From Bispira polyomma (Eukaryota): a DNA stretch of 64,000 nucleotides. The stretch's first letter is position 1. Each line of letters begins with the position of its first letter. The notes beneath the pieces are model-generated. The model searched no databases. It saw only the letters and a program-made list of their open reading frames with translations, and was not told the origin of the DNA. Positions 38,801 through 52,075 of the stretch are shown here, piece by piece. The DNA is taken from contig OZ287748.1 in NCBI GenBank assembly GCA_965649765.1, forward strand, positions 23,932,001-23,996,000, given 5' to 3'. Made by a program: the position numbers and the translations under genes.

Positions 38801-41716
38801 CACAACCAAAACAATCCTCGCCAGTTTCTTTCAGAAATCATGCAATGGAATCAGACACTGACTCCTCGGTTTCTACACCACCACTCAAGTCTCCAAATTT
38901 CCCCATTTTTGACCCTTTGCCAAGTCCCGGGTTCGTAGTCAGACAAGTCAGTGTGGAAGGCTCTGACGAGAGTGTACAAGAGGAATACATATCTCCTGCC
39001 AAAAGAAATGATCACATAAGGACGGTGTTGGTGGAGGAGCCTCAACAGCCAAGTGGTGTCTCATTGGCCCAGGAGCCTGTGGGGAATTCTACGGTGTCTG
39101 CACAGCATAGTAGAGTAGTAACACACCACACAAACAAGTCATTTGGAACATTTGAGGTGAAAGAAACGACACCACCACTAAAAAAGAAAAAGAATAATAA
39201 TAACAGGGCTGCCTCAGGCCAAGAGAGACACAGTGATTTACCTGATGCTTACACAAAAGAAACCCACGGCCAGAGTGGTGTCACTTTAGAGAGAAAAACT
39301 ACAAGAAGAGGAGGAGGTGAAAGACTTGGCAGTGAGTTGTACATTGGGGTTACTGGTGGAAGTAGTAAACAACAGAGGGTTACAGAGACACTGCACACAA
39401 GTCTCAGCACAAATAAACAACAGCCTAGGGAGCTACGTCACAACACACAGGACTTGTTATTTTATTCCTCAGATCAGCCACACCAGCTGGTGTCTAATTC
39501 AGCTCCTGTATTGACAGAGAGGCTTGGAAAGCAACAGGGACAGTTGTACACTAGTGTACAAGATATAAACACTAGTAGGGAACCAGTCCAGAAAAGTCCA
39601 CGCGGACCCAAGAGTCCACGAGGAGGTGTTTTATACGTAAGACATAATAACACTGGGAAACAACGCTCTCCACAGAGTGACCAGCCATCACCTCACTACA
39701 GTACCAGTAGTGGGCCAGTGTCACCACCTCCACCTTTAAGACAGGAGATTTTCTATCAGCCTCCACCACAGAGGAGCCAGACGACCACTTTTCAGGGTCA
39801 CACAGGTAGAGCTGTTTCCAGGAGCAGTTCTTCATCAGCCATTGGATCCGTCAATAGCTTCCAGTCGGAGGGTGTATATGTGTACAGGTCTGAGGGAAAG
39901 CCACAGGGGAGGACTCTCAAGGATCTGAACGAGCTGAAAGTGGTGCATCTTAAACCTCTGAGAGTAAGCACAGAGAGGGGGGATGGACATAGGGTGCTGA
40001 AAACTCATCCCACATTTTACAGTCCACACGACAGCACTGTGACGTCACCTGTGTATCTTAGTGACGTGGACCACTTTGAAACTTCAAATATGATGGGTAC
40101 GTCGACACTGCGACCAAATATGGATCCTAATTACATGCAGATGGGCAGAGATGAGAATATGAATTACAAAGGCAACACAAAATCTAGAAGGTTCTTAACG
40201 GTGGATGAAATTTCAGGGGGTCGGGTCCCTATTCACAGGGGAATGCAGGTGTCTACAATTAACATAGACAATGATCACAATGACACACATTCAGGACATA
40301 GTGAGCCTGTAATGGCAAGAAGGAATAAATACCACGTACAAAAGGTCATGGACACACGGCGAGCAGGCAAACAGTTTGCGACCCCTTTAGATATGCACCC
40401 GGATATGGCCTTTAAGAAACAGAAGTTCTATTCTGTGTCGAGAAATGTAGAGCACAAAAGTCCTGAGATCCAGGTTGAATTGGATCCGCATTTAGAAGAA
40501 GCGCATAAGACTGGGAATCAGTACAATGTGACAATGAAGTTAAATGCTTCGACTATCGCTTTGCCAAGCAACAGCAGTGCTAAGGATCTATTCCAGGAAG
40601 AATACATTGAGGAGAGCTTGTATCAAAACAACAACAATAACCCGATGAGATCCCCTCCCCCACAGATGATATCTCCTGGGGTATACAGCTCACGGAGTAC
40701 TAGTGACGACTCAGCAATACTCTCCCCTGGAAACAGATCCAAGACCAATATTACATTGATTGAGGACCACACTGCCCCACAGCCTCCAGTAGCTAATCCA
40801 TCCACTGTGGAACACATGCGCTTTACTCAATACATGGGGAATCCCCCAAGAGTTGTAACCACTGCTACTACCCCAGTTGGAATGAATGATAATGAGCCAA
40901 GACTGAGGCCCAGTACACAGCACATGCCTCTGCAGCAGAGAGCAGATCCTGGTTACCCAGGCAACAGCACCAATAATGCAGTAGTAGTAACAGGCCTAAC
41001 ACCAACAGTAGCATCACCGCCGCCTAAGTTTAGTATGAGTATTGATCAGACAATGACTATGGACTATGTAATGAGCGATGATCAGGAAATCAACAATAAC
41101 AGCAGTAGCAGTATCAGGCCACAGCGAGTGAATACAGTAGATAGGCAGTATGTGTCACCAGAACCACCGACATACCGCCGTAATGTACCACAGCAGCACA
41201 CCTCTGTTATGGACACACAGAGGATGGTAAATGGAGATGTGTACACATACAATGGCCGTTCTAATGGTCCGAACCCACCAGATGACAATGATGATGACCT
41301 GGAGCAGTATTTATCTCCAGCAGAGGAGGACCCTATCGAGCCCAGCCGGGCAAAGAGGAACAAAGACGGAAAGGGATACCCACAGGTGGTGAGGGGCAGT
41401 ATATTAATTAAGAATGCCATGGATACAACAGGAGCTCCTAAAGTGTTCGACGTCGTGGAGGGAGACACGGAAAGTGACGAGGACACACTGATCAACGACA
41501 ATGTAAATCCCTTCCATGGACATTATTTTCAGGCCCGGGAAAATCCCATGTACTCCAGTGACCCTGACCTGAGGGCAGAGAGGGAGAGGAACAGACCACA
41601 GTTTACGCAGATCTTTGAACAGAACCAAAGGTCGTCTGCTTCTCAGAATCATAGCGGGAGATCTAGGGATTATACTGACAACGAGGATTTTGACACAGAA
41701 ATTAAAGTAACCAGAG
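35830..41716 (+). CDS. Giant coding exon (5887 bp) of an unidentified large, probably disordered Ser/Thr/Pro/Glu-rich protein; 3' exons not identified
   Basis: Uninterrupted 1966-codon ORF with visibly higher GC than the flanks. Strong start context accATGG with an in-frame TAG at 35791. Consensus donor AGAG|gtaagt at 41716/41717, just before the ORF stop. Confidence 0.9.
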
Positions 41717-44700
41717 GTAAGTGTGTGTAATTTTTTGTTTTAGTCTTGAATTAATTAGTGAGGAATGTGGGTTTCTGTTTTAGTGTTATATACTCAAAAT
41801 TAATGCACAAAACAGGTCTATCGTTGAATAATTGCATGATTGATTGAAAGTTTTTTATTTATACGCAAACACCAATATATTATTACTTGTATAAACCTCT
41901 TTTCGTTTCTTTTGCAAATATAAGTGAATCTTTGGCCACGAGAACGTGATACTTGAATTGAACAGGAATGTATTGTTAAAGCTGTCAAAATGAACCAAAT
42001 ACTATTGCCTGAAGCAAAAGACACACCTTTTTGAAAAGCACTGAAAACTATTTTTTCAATGAAACAATTTAGACTATTTGTGCTTGTGTGTTTGTGTGTG
42101 TATCTGTGAGTTTGTATGGGTGTTTTTTTTTCAAAGATAATAAATCTTTTTTATTCAAATGGCAATATCCTTGAAATTGGACCAGTAATAATGGTATTTG
42201 TCATTTGTATGAATGATAATAATAATAATAATATGTATATATCAGTTGGATCTTGATGTAGTATTTAAGATATGCCACTGTAAAAGTACCAGATTGCATT
42301 GCCTTATCAATATACATTTATTCTGTACCCAACAGCAAATTTATGCACTCGTTGACCCCCTGAGGACATTGTCTCTTGCCTTCAAGGCCATGGGGGGGGG
42401 GGGGGGGGGAGGGGGTCAAAATGTTTTATTTTCTCTTTAACCAGATCCTCCAATACATTTGAAAACATAGGAAGAAAAATATATACATATTTGAAGCTGA
42501 ACTTTATTTAAAAATAAGTATATTTAAATATAGTTTTGTATCTGGTAGTCCTTTCTAGTTATTAGGCTTAATTGTTTCTTATGTGAGTTATCTTGGTTTT
42601 TTGCACAGTGGTTGTATTGAGTGGGTAGAACTACTAAATCCATTAGAAGAGAGGTGTGAATTACCCCTGTACACACACCCGAGGTGATACATAAAAGCAG
42701 TGTAAAGTAGTTACCCAGCCCTACTTAACTCCCACATAAGTCTGTCTGGTTTGTGTCATTATAATAGACACAACTTAATGGATGAGACAAACCTTATTGA
42801 GACTAGCCACAGTTTTAAGTCCATAGAAGATATGAATGGATTCATGAAATCTTACTTTTCTTTTGTTCATTATTGATAAATTATTCTTGTATATTTCTAT
42901 ATCAAGCATTTATAGCATGCCAATTACAATTGTAATTATATATGTATATAGCCAGTGTAGAAGAGGTAATTGTAAATGTCAATTTTAATCTATTCAAAGA
43001 GTACTTTCTGTATAACACGACAGTCAAAGGGGGTAATTTTAAAAATGGTAAATACAATTTCAAATCTGACAAGTTTCAAAATATTTTTCATTTAGAGATT
43101 GACAATATCATACTCTCTTAAATTTTAAGTTTTACTATAAACACAAAGTAACATCATGACATGCATCTCAGAGGGGTAATTTTAAATAGAAACTGATGTA
43201 TACTCATCACAGTGTTCAAGGAATTTCTCATCTGGAAAGTTTTAGATATTTCCTGTTGACAATATCATACTCAGTTTTGGTCAGTGAGAAATGTATCATA
43301 ATGTTGCACTAAACGAGGAGTGATAAAAAATGACATCACAGATGGTGACAGAATATATATCTCCGTTTTACAAAAAAAGAGACTTAGATTAAGACTTTAG
43401 GTTAAGTCTAAAACTCACAAAATAACTACGTTGGGATGGTCAGATCATTTGTGACAAGACCAAGAGAAAAGTTGAACTTCCAATTTCTTGATTCCCTAAA
43501 ATCAGAGTTTTACACATATGTCCTTTTTATCATGTAAAATTGTAAACAGAAATAGCAACAGGTCAGTAGTAGTTGAGTTGTGGTGTCTTAAAATGGAATT
43601 ATGTTAGTCGATAGGATGCCAAAATAACGCCAGAATGATGTAACACAGTGAAATAACATCTATCATCACCATATTGGCTCTAGTACATACAGTTGTACAA
43701 ATATTGACCAAATTAGACCTAATTGTAGCTGCTTATAGGAATCTTAAGACATATATAATTATTGTTTTTGTGTGAGAACTTATTCTAAGCTGAGTAAATT
43801 AATCAACTCGTGAGGCAGATTACATCCCTAATGTACAGATATAGAAATATCTGTCTTGTTAGAAGGTCTCCGACTTAAACACTTTACATCTTTTACTTAT
43901 GGGCTATTAAATTAGTTTAACATTTTGTTCCTATGTTTTTCACTAGCACTGTGGTCACCATTCTTCAAAGTGATCGCTATCATTGCTGCTATATTTTTAA
44001 GGGGTCACTTTTATCCCCACAATTCTTTCGGTCTGTTTCACCTTGATCACCATATTTTTTTTGCAGTGTGGTCACTTTCGACACCTTTTATGTAATTTTA
44101 TTTTATGTTTTATGTTAAATAAAAACTTAGTATTGATATCTCACCCAATAACTATTTTACTTACAGATGTACTTCTTCACAAAATAATAAAATTTTTGAT
44201 AAAAGTGACCTTTTGGAAAATAAATCTACTGCCGAAAAAGTGTCCACATGGTGATTTCTTTGACAGTGAGAAAAGTGATATTCCCTGGTTATTTATGCAT
44301 AAACATGCATAAACAATTGGGCTACTTCATTCAACTAACAAACTTCACATCAATATTTGTCTTATATTTACATCTTGTACATAGAGAGTGATACTTGATA
44401 TTTTATTGACCAAGCCAAAGCTTTGCCTTTTTTACATAAATATTTCCTTGTGAGAAAATTAAACATATCACAATGACCTCTTTGTGTTTCGACGTATAGT
44501 AAAGTGATGAGAGCTATTCAATAATATGTGAATATGTAAAGTTACTTGGACTAGGTTCTAGTCTATTTTCTATAGTTCCTTAATATTTTGTATTGGTTTA
44601 TATACATTTCATTAGTGTCATTATTGTAATTTATGTTTTTTTTTTGTCTTTTTCATTCTATAAAATATGCTGTTCTCTGGAAAATAAGCATTGTTAGCTA

Positions 44701-45774
44701 TGATAATGTGAGAAAGCTATGCTTTATAAATATAAACAAACAAAGGTAAAAAATTTTCAAAATCAAGTTTTTTTGATATTTCAATAGGCCTCATGATTTG
44801 AGTGGAAATTGTGAAAAAAGTAATGACAACTACCTTTGTAAAGTATTTTTGACATAGTGCACTTATTTTGTTTACTGTTTAATAAAACCTGACAAAATAA
44901 ATAAGTAGTACAGTAGAAGTACCATCGATTTTGTCAGACCAAGTAGCAACATTCTACAAGCTTCAGTGATCATAAAGAAATATATTCATTTGGATTAGTC
45001 CACACAGACAAGGAAATAGCTGAACAGAATAGGCAGCCTGTGTGTAATTGATGCTGGAACATTTGCATTAAGACCGCCACTCACCCCATCTCCATACATC
45101 TCCATACAGGGACTTCAGTACTCAGCAGATACCCCAAACAGAAATAATCTGTGATAGATTATTTTGGGTGGCAAATGTTCAAATAATGCCTCCTTTTTAT
45201 ACAGTAAAACCTGCTATAGAGACCACCTCTATAGATAGACCATTTAAAGTACAAGACTAATGTTTGTAATAGTATTCAGCCTCTATAAAAAAACCTGCAG
45301 GTAAGGTTGCTATCCATTATTTTTAGGTGTAATATATATACCTATTCTATCTACAATTTCCTGAACGAAAGGTATACTTTTATCAAAGTGAAATCTGTAT
45401 ATGTTTTTAATATATTAAAATACTAAACTTATCTTTCTTGTTATGGATGCTTTGTTCTATCATTTAAACACAAACTATTTGCTCTTCTAATTTCTATGAA
45501 TAAATAGAGCAAGAATACACTTGTGTAAGTAAGGTGGTTGTCAATATTGACAAATATGTAACACACATTGTCTGTGTCAAAGATGCTCTTAGATTTGTCA
45601 CATTACTTGGATTTACAGGTAGCAAAGGCCATAAACAATGCCAATCAATATATTTTGTGGTGGATTATGTAGTGTAGTCATGTAGATATAACCCCTAATT
45701 AGAAACATACATTACCCTGACAGTTTTAATTCTGATAAATCTGATAATGTTAAAGATCAAACGCAGGTTTCTAC

Positions 45775-45960
45775 TTGAATTTAGAATTTAGTTGGGTTTT
45801 ACGTCACTTTCAACAGCTTCGGTCATCAGTCGTCATATCACGACGGCCAGATTTATTGGTGGTAGAAACCACCGAGCTGTGACCTGTGGATTCGAACCCA
45901 CATTAGTCAGAGTCCAGTGATTGTGAAGCAGGTACTTGTAACCACTAGGCCACCCTGTCC
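45775..45960 (-). mobile_element. tRNA-derived SINE (family A)
   Basis: Reverse complement ggtggcctagtggtta...gcttcacaatcactgg...gtgggttcgaatcc...tgttgaaagtgacgtaaaacccaactaaattctaaattcaa. Confidence 0.8.
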
Positions 45961-46889
45961 AATAATGACGGTTTTTAAACAGTTGAGTTAACGGCTAGGC
46001 TGGGTAGTTTTTTAGAATATATTCAGGCTCTCTCACAGTCTCCAAGTGATGATCTATATTTGCATATAAATTGTAATGGTTGTTGAGCTGCTGTGGTGTA
46101 GTAAAGGTGATCCATGAAGACATGAGGGCTAATTAACCAACCAATTTTTTTAGGAGTTATGTTAAACTTGGGTAGTTCAAATTAGGTCAATGGTTTTACA
46201 GGCATTTTATATGCACAAACGCCTTGCACATGTGTATGTCTATACATTACAGTATACTTTTGCAGTAGCTAAGCAGAGATGTCAGGTAACTCTTTAGAAT
46301 TGTCAATATGTAGTGCTAAGCTAACCTAATTGTTATATGTCCTCATTATGGCATGATATATTACCAGCCATCTCATGACCTTTGACATTGAATTAGGTTC
46401 TCAATGTCAATTGTTTTAAAAAAGTACCATCAAAAATACTTTAACCTGTTTTGTCAATATGTACACCTAAGCTACCATAGTGGCCATTATGACTTAGTAT
46501 ATCTATTCATTTGGCCTTGAATCAGGTTCTCACTGTTTAACATTATGCAACATTCGACATTATCCAATATTCCTTTTACCATTGATGACATTTGACCTTG
46601 ATTTAGGTTATTATCAATAATCACCATTCGACAGATTTTATTTATAACACCTTGGACCTCATTCCGAGACATTCAAACCATCTACTGGGACATACCTACA
46701 GATTGACTTTTATCAACATCTCCTGAAATAATGTATAAACCCTACATTATTTTACAATGAGAGTGTAAATGTGATGCACCTAAACAACATAGTGGTAAAT
46801 AAACAAGCAGAACTATTCTCTAAGTTGACTTGTTTTGCAGCACATTTGACACTTTAAAAGATACAAACATTGGTTTTACATAAGGTAGT

Positions 46890-47070
46890 TTAATTACTTT
46901 TGCCCAAGAGGTTACCATGTTTCAGTTTGTTTGAAGGGACATGGGCCATGCAAGTTTCCATTACAGTTCAGCGCAGATCAGGGAAGAATTGCAGATGCAA
47001 AAATATTTTCACATTTTGATACTGTGGCTCCTTAGCAGTGGTATGTGCTCTACTTAGTGTCTGTCTAATT
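46890..47070 (+). mobile_element. Short Helentron/HINE-like non-autonomous element
   Basis: taattac...ccaagaggtta start, gttt repeats, and end ccttagcagtggtatgtgctctacttagtgtc..ctaatt. Related ends occur at ~56440-56480 and 59865-59908. Confidence 0.5.
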
Positions 47071-49302
47071 TGGTAAATTGCTTATGTAAACATTATTTTG
47101 GTTATTATTGTTACAGACATTCCTTGCCAAATAAGGTCCACGTATGTGTTTTCAGCTAAATTATGTTAATGACTTGCCCTATTTTGAATGACTTAGTTTT
47201 ATTAATGGCATATACAGTTACATTTGTGGCTGGTTGTGCCATATTGAAAGGCACTCCAGTTTTGTCATATTATATACAGTAACCTAACCCTCCCTTTAAA
47301 ATAGCCTGTACAAGGTTATTTATATACTAGGACGATTATAAAGTCAAGGTGTTTTGTTTCATATTTAGTTGTCCCTACAGTTCCATCAGTTAATTAAGTA
47401 AGTGACATTTAACTCGAGCATTTACGGTTCTTATTTACTTAACTAACCTCAAAGGTGTATGGATGTATTACTTTTTAGATAATTATCAAACCAGTTAAAC
47501 ATAGATAAATGTCATAGCCGTGTTAAAAGTAGGCTTACATTTTGGCTCCAATGTTCTTGTCCTATATATTAGGATAAATGTACCTTAAAGAGTGATTTCA
47601 ATATTGAATAGTTTTCTAGTAAAAGGTCTTAACACTTTTGACCGCAAGCAAATACTATTGCAGGGAACCGAAGGAAATGTTTAGGTAATAGTTTACAGAT
47701 AGCTGAAGTCACTAAAACTCACACTACATACTACTTCCGGCATTCAACAGCTTCACATATAATTCTTTACACAACAGAGTCTGCTGTACTAGCAATTTCC
47801 TATTGCGAAGAACTGAGGTGACAATAAAACAATATTTGCTGACGGACACAGATTCTGGCATTAACAATTGTCCTTGACTGCTTGCCGATAACATAGGCGT
47901 CAAAAGGGTTAATAAATGGGCATGAGTTTAGAACCCAAGATATGGACTGACCTGTCAACAGTGTATTTGAAAGGGCTATAGTGGTTGTACATCAGCTTTA
48001 CTATGCAAATTCACCAATGAATCAGAAAATCCAAAACAGGCTTTGCAGAATTGTACATCAAGTTTATCCAGGATCGCATATAAGCCCCTCGTATTCAAAA
48101 GCTTCACATGCTACCAAAGTATATGTCCTCAATTGTGATCACTCAGCAATCTCAGATTAGGAAATCATCTCTCCCCCTCTTATTTGTTACCAAAACACAA
48201 GCAGGTGTTAGATAAACACTAAAACACTGATGTCTTTTGCACAAAAATATAAAACCTGTCTGTAATAACTCGCTTGTGGCGACTCCTCTCTTTGATCACA
48301 AGCTCTTTGTTGGATCTTGCTCAGGATGTGCTCCACAGAGGATACCTGGACATTAATTGCAAGAAGATTGAACATTATAACTTGGCAGTAGTAATTCAGG
48401 TTTTTGGAAAAAAAGTGATAGGAAAAGACACACAGAAAAGACACATTAGGGACAAAATGGAATTTTACCCTTTTTCAATGTATTTTTGTTCTGGTGGTGT
48501 TTTACTAGTAATCTGACTCTACATACACCGGTTTTTAAGGTCTTATCTATAGTATTTATTTTGTCCATCTAGGAGATGCATAATGTAGATGTAAACCTGA
48601 ATCCGAAATAAGCACAGCATTCCAGGTTATAAAATGATATACCTGGATCTTTCTTTGCTTGTCTTTCTGATAAATTTAGAAGATATTGACTTTTTGATAA
48701 ATCTAGCTTTATAAGTAAGTCAGCCCAAACAAAACACTAATATAAAATAGATGAATAGAATAAATAAATCATAAACATCAATAAGACAGTTCTCCATGTA
48801 GATCTTTATGTGGATATGTAAGAATGCTTCTTTTCACAATTTAGTATATAAACTCCCCATACATGGCCTGTATGTCCTTTACTATACACACTGAATTGTA
48901 TCAATTCTTTAGTAGGAATAAAGACAAAGTTTATGACAGTAATATGAGTATGTCATGTTTACAATAGGTGACTCATGACCTCCCCCCCTACCCCCCCATT
49001 TCTGTAATTGTTTACAATACTAACCATACTGGCCATTCTCTCTCTCCATGCTGTTACCTTGGATATAAAAATGTCGTTTGGCACCAAAATTCCATCTCTA
49101 TTTACCTAGCCAGCCTTGAAACAACTCATTAATGTTCGTCAACATTTGTGATATTTATTTGCGCATTAAATATTGAACTACCAATTCTGAAAGACTAAAA
49201 CCAAGGCCTCGTCGCCTCCCCGACTAAGTAGAACAACTAATGGGTAACAACATTCTTGTTGTGCATAAATGTCATCCATTAATGACCCCAGTAATTTTAA
49301 AG

Positions 49303-49550
49303 CCAAGTGGTAAGGGAGTGGGTCTGGTGATTAAAAGGTCCTCGGTTTGACACAGGTTGGGGGAGTCGATTCCCGGTTTGACCGCTGCTGAATGCCGGTT
49401 CATTGGTGCACAAACATCCTTGAGCAAGACGTGAGCATGCCATTCCCTGCTGGTTACTAACCAAGCCTAATTTACAGGATTATCCAGTTCGGGAAACAAA
49501 TGCCTTAGAGGATGAAATATATCGAAAGGGTGCTATATAAATGCCTCAAT
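49303..49550 (+). mobile_element. tRNA-derived SINE with a CORE-like motif
   Basis: ccaagtggtaagg (A box), gtcgattcccgg (B box), tccttgagcaagac, and tail gtgctatataaatg. Confidence 0.55.
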
Positions 49551-49632
49551 GAATAAAGAACCCAATATAATTTATACCACTGTCCCCAGATGTTAAGGGT
49601 AAATAGTTGAACACTTGCAGCCTGTTGGTTAT

Positions 49633-49946
49633 ATACCAGTCACACCTACACTATCACAACGTAGCAAAGCAATATATTTTAAAATGGGGTAGAGAGTGGA
49701 GACGTCCTTGAGAAACGGAGAGCTCTGTCACGATTATTTCAAACAGTTTGAAATAATCGTGGTAGCAGACCACACGGAGATGTTTCCGGAGCCACATCAT
49801 CCATTAAGCAACATCCGAAAACGAACGCACGAGGGATCCTCACTTTTGCATTACCTTCTACTACGTCTGTACTAGGTTTCTAAACAATTGAAAACATCAC
49901 ACACACGTAGCTCCAGCACATGTAGGCTAATCACTGACTGGGCTAT
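49633..49946. mobile_element. MITE-like element with a central perfect palindrome
   Basis: Ends ccagtcacacctac / gtagg...tgactggg. Centre cacgattatttcaaac-a-gtttgaaataatcgtg at 49729-49761. Confidence 0.5.
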
Positions 49947-49973
49947 TAGTGACTAATCACCAGTCTCCAATGA

Positions 49974-50185
49974 GGGCTGCAGTGGCCTAGTGGTTAGAAG
50001 CGCCTGCTTTACAATCACTGGCCTCTCACCAATGAGAGTTCGAAGCCTGTTTGTTCCTTTATGTGGGAATGTTTGTCAGCTACTTGCCGTAGGTTGGTAA
50101 TTTACAGTGCTTCAGCACTGGTTTTTTTCTAGCATTAAACCTGGCCATCGTTATAAGACCTAATTAGGCTATTTAAACACATAAA
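49974..50185 (+). mobile_element. tRNA-derived SINE (family A)
   Basis: gtggcctagtggttag...tttacaatcactggcctctcaccaatgagagttcgaag...gtttgtcagctacttgccgtaggt. Confidence 0.8.
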
Positions 50186-50316
50186 TTATAAGACTCTCTG
50201 TGATGAATACGTAAATACTGACATTGACTGTGATGTCTGAGACGATAGGGAGAACCCTTTGCAATAACACAACATTGTTGTGGCCAAATTAATTTACCCA
50301 TGTAGGAAGGGGCCTC

Positions 50317-50632
50317 AATGCCAAGGTTACACTGTCCCGAATTTTCATAGCAAATGTCAGCAAACCTGAAATTCTTCCTAGTTGGTGGTCAATTTCTCCC
50401 AATTATTCACCATTTTCCCCTATTTTCCATCCCTCACTTATCTCCGTAACAAATTTCTCCATCCATTGAAGCATATTATTCACTCATTCACTCTTCGTGG
50501 ATCTCCGAGATAATATTAAAAAGAATATCACCCTTTTCATGGAGATTAATTAATAATCAAAGTTCTCCAACATTCTTCAAGATTCTCCCATTTATACTAG
50601 TAGTCCTCTATCAACAGTGTGACCTTGGCATT
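50317..50632. mobile_element. ~315-bp MITE (possibly PIF/Harbinger-like)
   Basis: aatgccaaggttacactgt ... acagtgtgaccttggcatt form an inverted repeat with 18/19 identity. Confidence 0.75.
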
Positions 50633-51010
50633 ATGTGGATACATTTTTATTCAGAAGGTTATCTTGAAGCTCATGGCAGTTCATTACAAGACCATTAAGA
50701 GAGACCTGGGAAGATAATGACCATTACATTTACTGCAGTAATTAGATGGTGGTTTTCTTAAGTTTTACCTAATATTTCTGGTATTAATGAGAAGAAGTCT
50801 TTCACCATAAGTAAACCTCAGAATGGCCTAAGGAAAATGTCTCACAACATCACAAACTCCCATAACTCTTTCCGAACTACCAAGTCATTTGAAGAAACAA
50901 TATGACAACTTTCACCCTGGGCTCGAAATTCTTTTACTTTTGCCAGGCAGAAAGAATGTTTCGGAATGGCACTGTGCTATATATGCTTGTGAAATATCAT
51001 TTACTGAGCC

Positions 51011-51093
51011 AAAAGTTAAAGTTAATTGACAAAACGCCCAAAATGTAGTGAGTTTCAGTGGAATTTGTATGTCTTACATTGTATGCCCAAAAA

Positions 51094-51181
<88 letters not shown>

Positions 51182-51259
51182 TAAAGTTAATTGACAAAAC
51201 GCCCCAAAATGTAGTGAGTTTCAGTGGAATTTGCATGTCTTACATTGTATGCCCAAAAA

Positions 51260-51308
<49 letters not shown>
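51011..51308 (+). repeat. ~85-bp unit duplicated, each copy followed by a long (TA)n
   Basis: aaagttaaagttaattgacaaaacgccc...gtatgcccaaaaaccaa(TA)n occurs twice. Confidence 0.9.
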
Positions 51309-51312
<4 letters not shown>

Positions 51313-51989
51313 AGGGTAGTAGTTTGTAAATCATTTTTGACCTGAAATGTGATCTATATGACTTAGTGCATTATTAACAAGTGTCCTAAACAAATCTACA
51401 GAAATATGAATCTACAAAAATATATAAGCTATTTTGAATTTATTGACACATATTGCTGATCCCCCACATGATACTTTAAGAATAATTTTCAAATAGATTC
51501 TGAATTCTAAACAAGTAGTTTCTCACAAATAGAAAGCAATATTAGCAAAGAAACTAAATTTTCAGGACATTATATGAACACCTGCATTTATTTATGAGAA
51601 GAAAAATTCCCCACCTAAATTTTAACAGAAAGCACATGTAATACAAATGTCAAATGCTAAAGTGTAATCCTTTATATAAAACTTTATAATGCAGAACTAT
51701 AATTATTGATCATTCACTACAACTTTAGTTCAGTTTATGATGAAGTGATTACTATTTAAAAGTCTCTAAAATGATGGGTAATAAAATATTCTTAAGTATA
51801 GAAAACCCCGAGCTACATCAACTGAGAAAAAGTTGGCCTCAATGTGCTATTCAATGACACACTTCAGAATAGCTAAGAAGAAAACAATTCAAAAGTCCCC
51901 CGAGGGGGAAAATATGTATGTGCAAGTGGATTATATTGGGTGACTTGAATGCAATAGGAATGACCATCATTAGTCGGACAGTCAGCTCT

Positions 51990-52075
51990 GAATGGAACTT
52001 TTGATGTATATGGATGGTATTATCTACAGTGTCAAAAGCCTTCTCAAGTTCTCTCAAAAGGCTGCCATTATATGC
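51990..52075 (-). mobile_element. Small LINE reverse-transcriptase fragment
   Basis: LRELEKAFDTVDNTI matches the RT motif DL.KAFDTVDH.I. Confidence 0.6.

Noticed and set aside
35978-41652. Antisense and alternative-frame ORFs within the giant exon
   Set aside because: Expected shadows of a long GC-richer coding sequence; short and without motifs.
48208-48516. Candidate downstream exon or antisense ORF in the long intron
   Set aside because: No convincing phase-1 acceptor/donor pair on the + strand and no protein similarity.
50997-51345. (YI)n ORFs
   Set aside because: Translations of (TA)n microsatellites.
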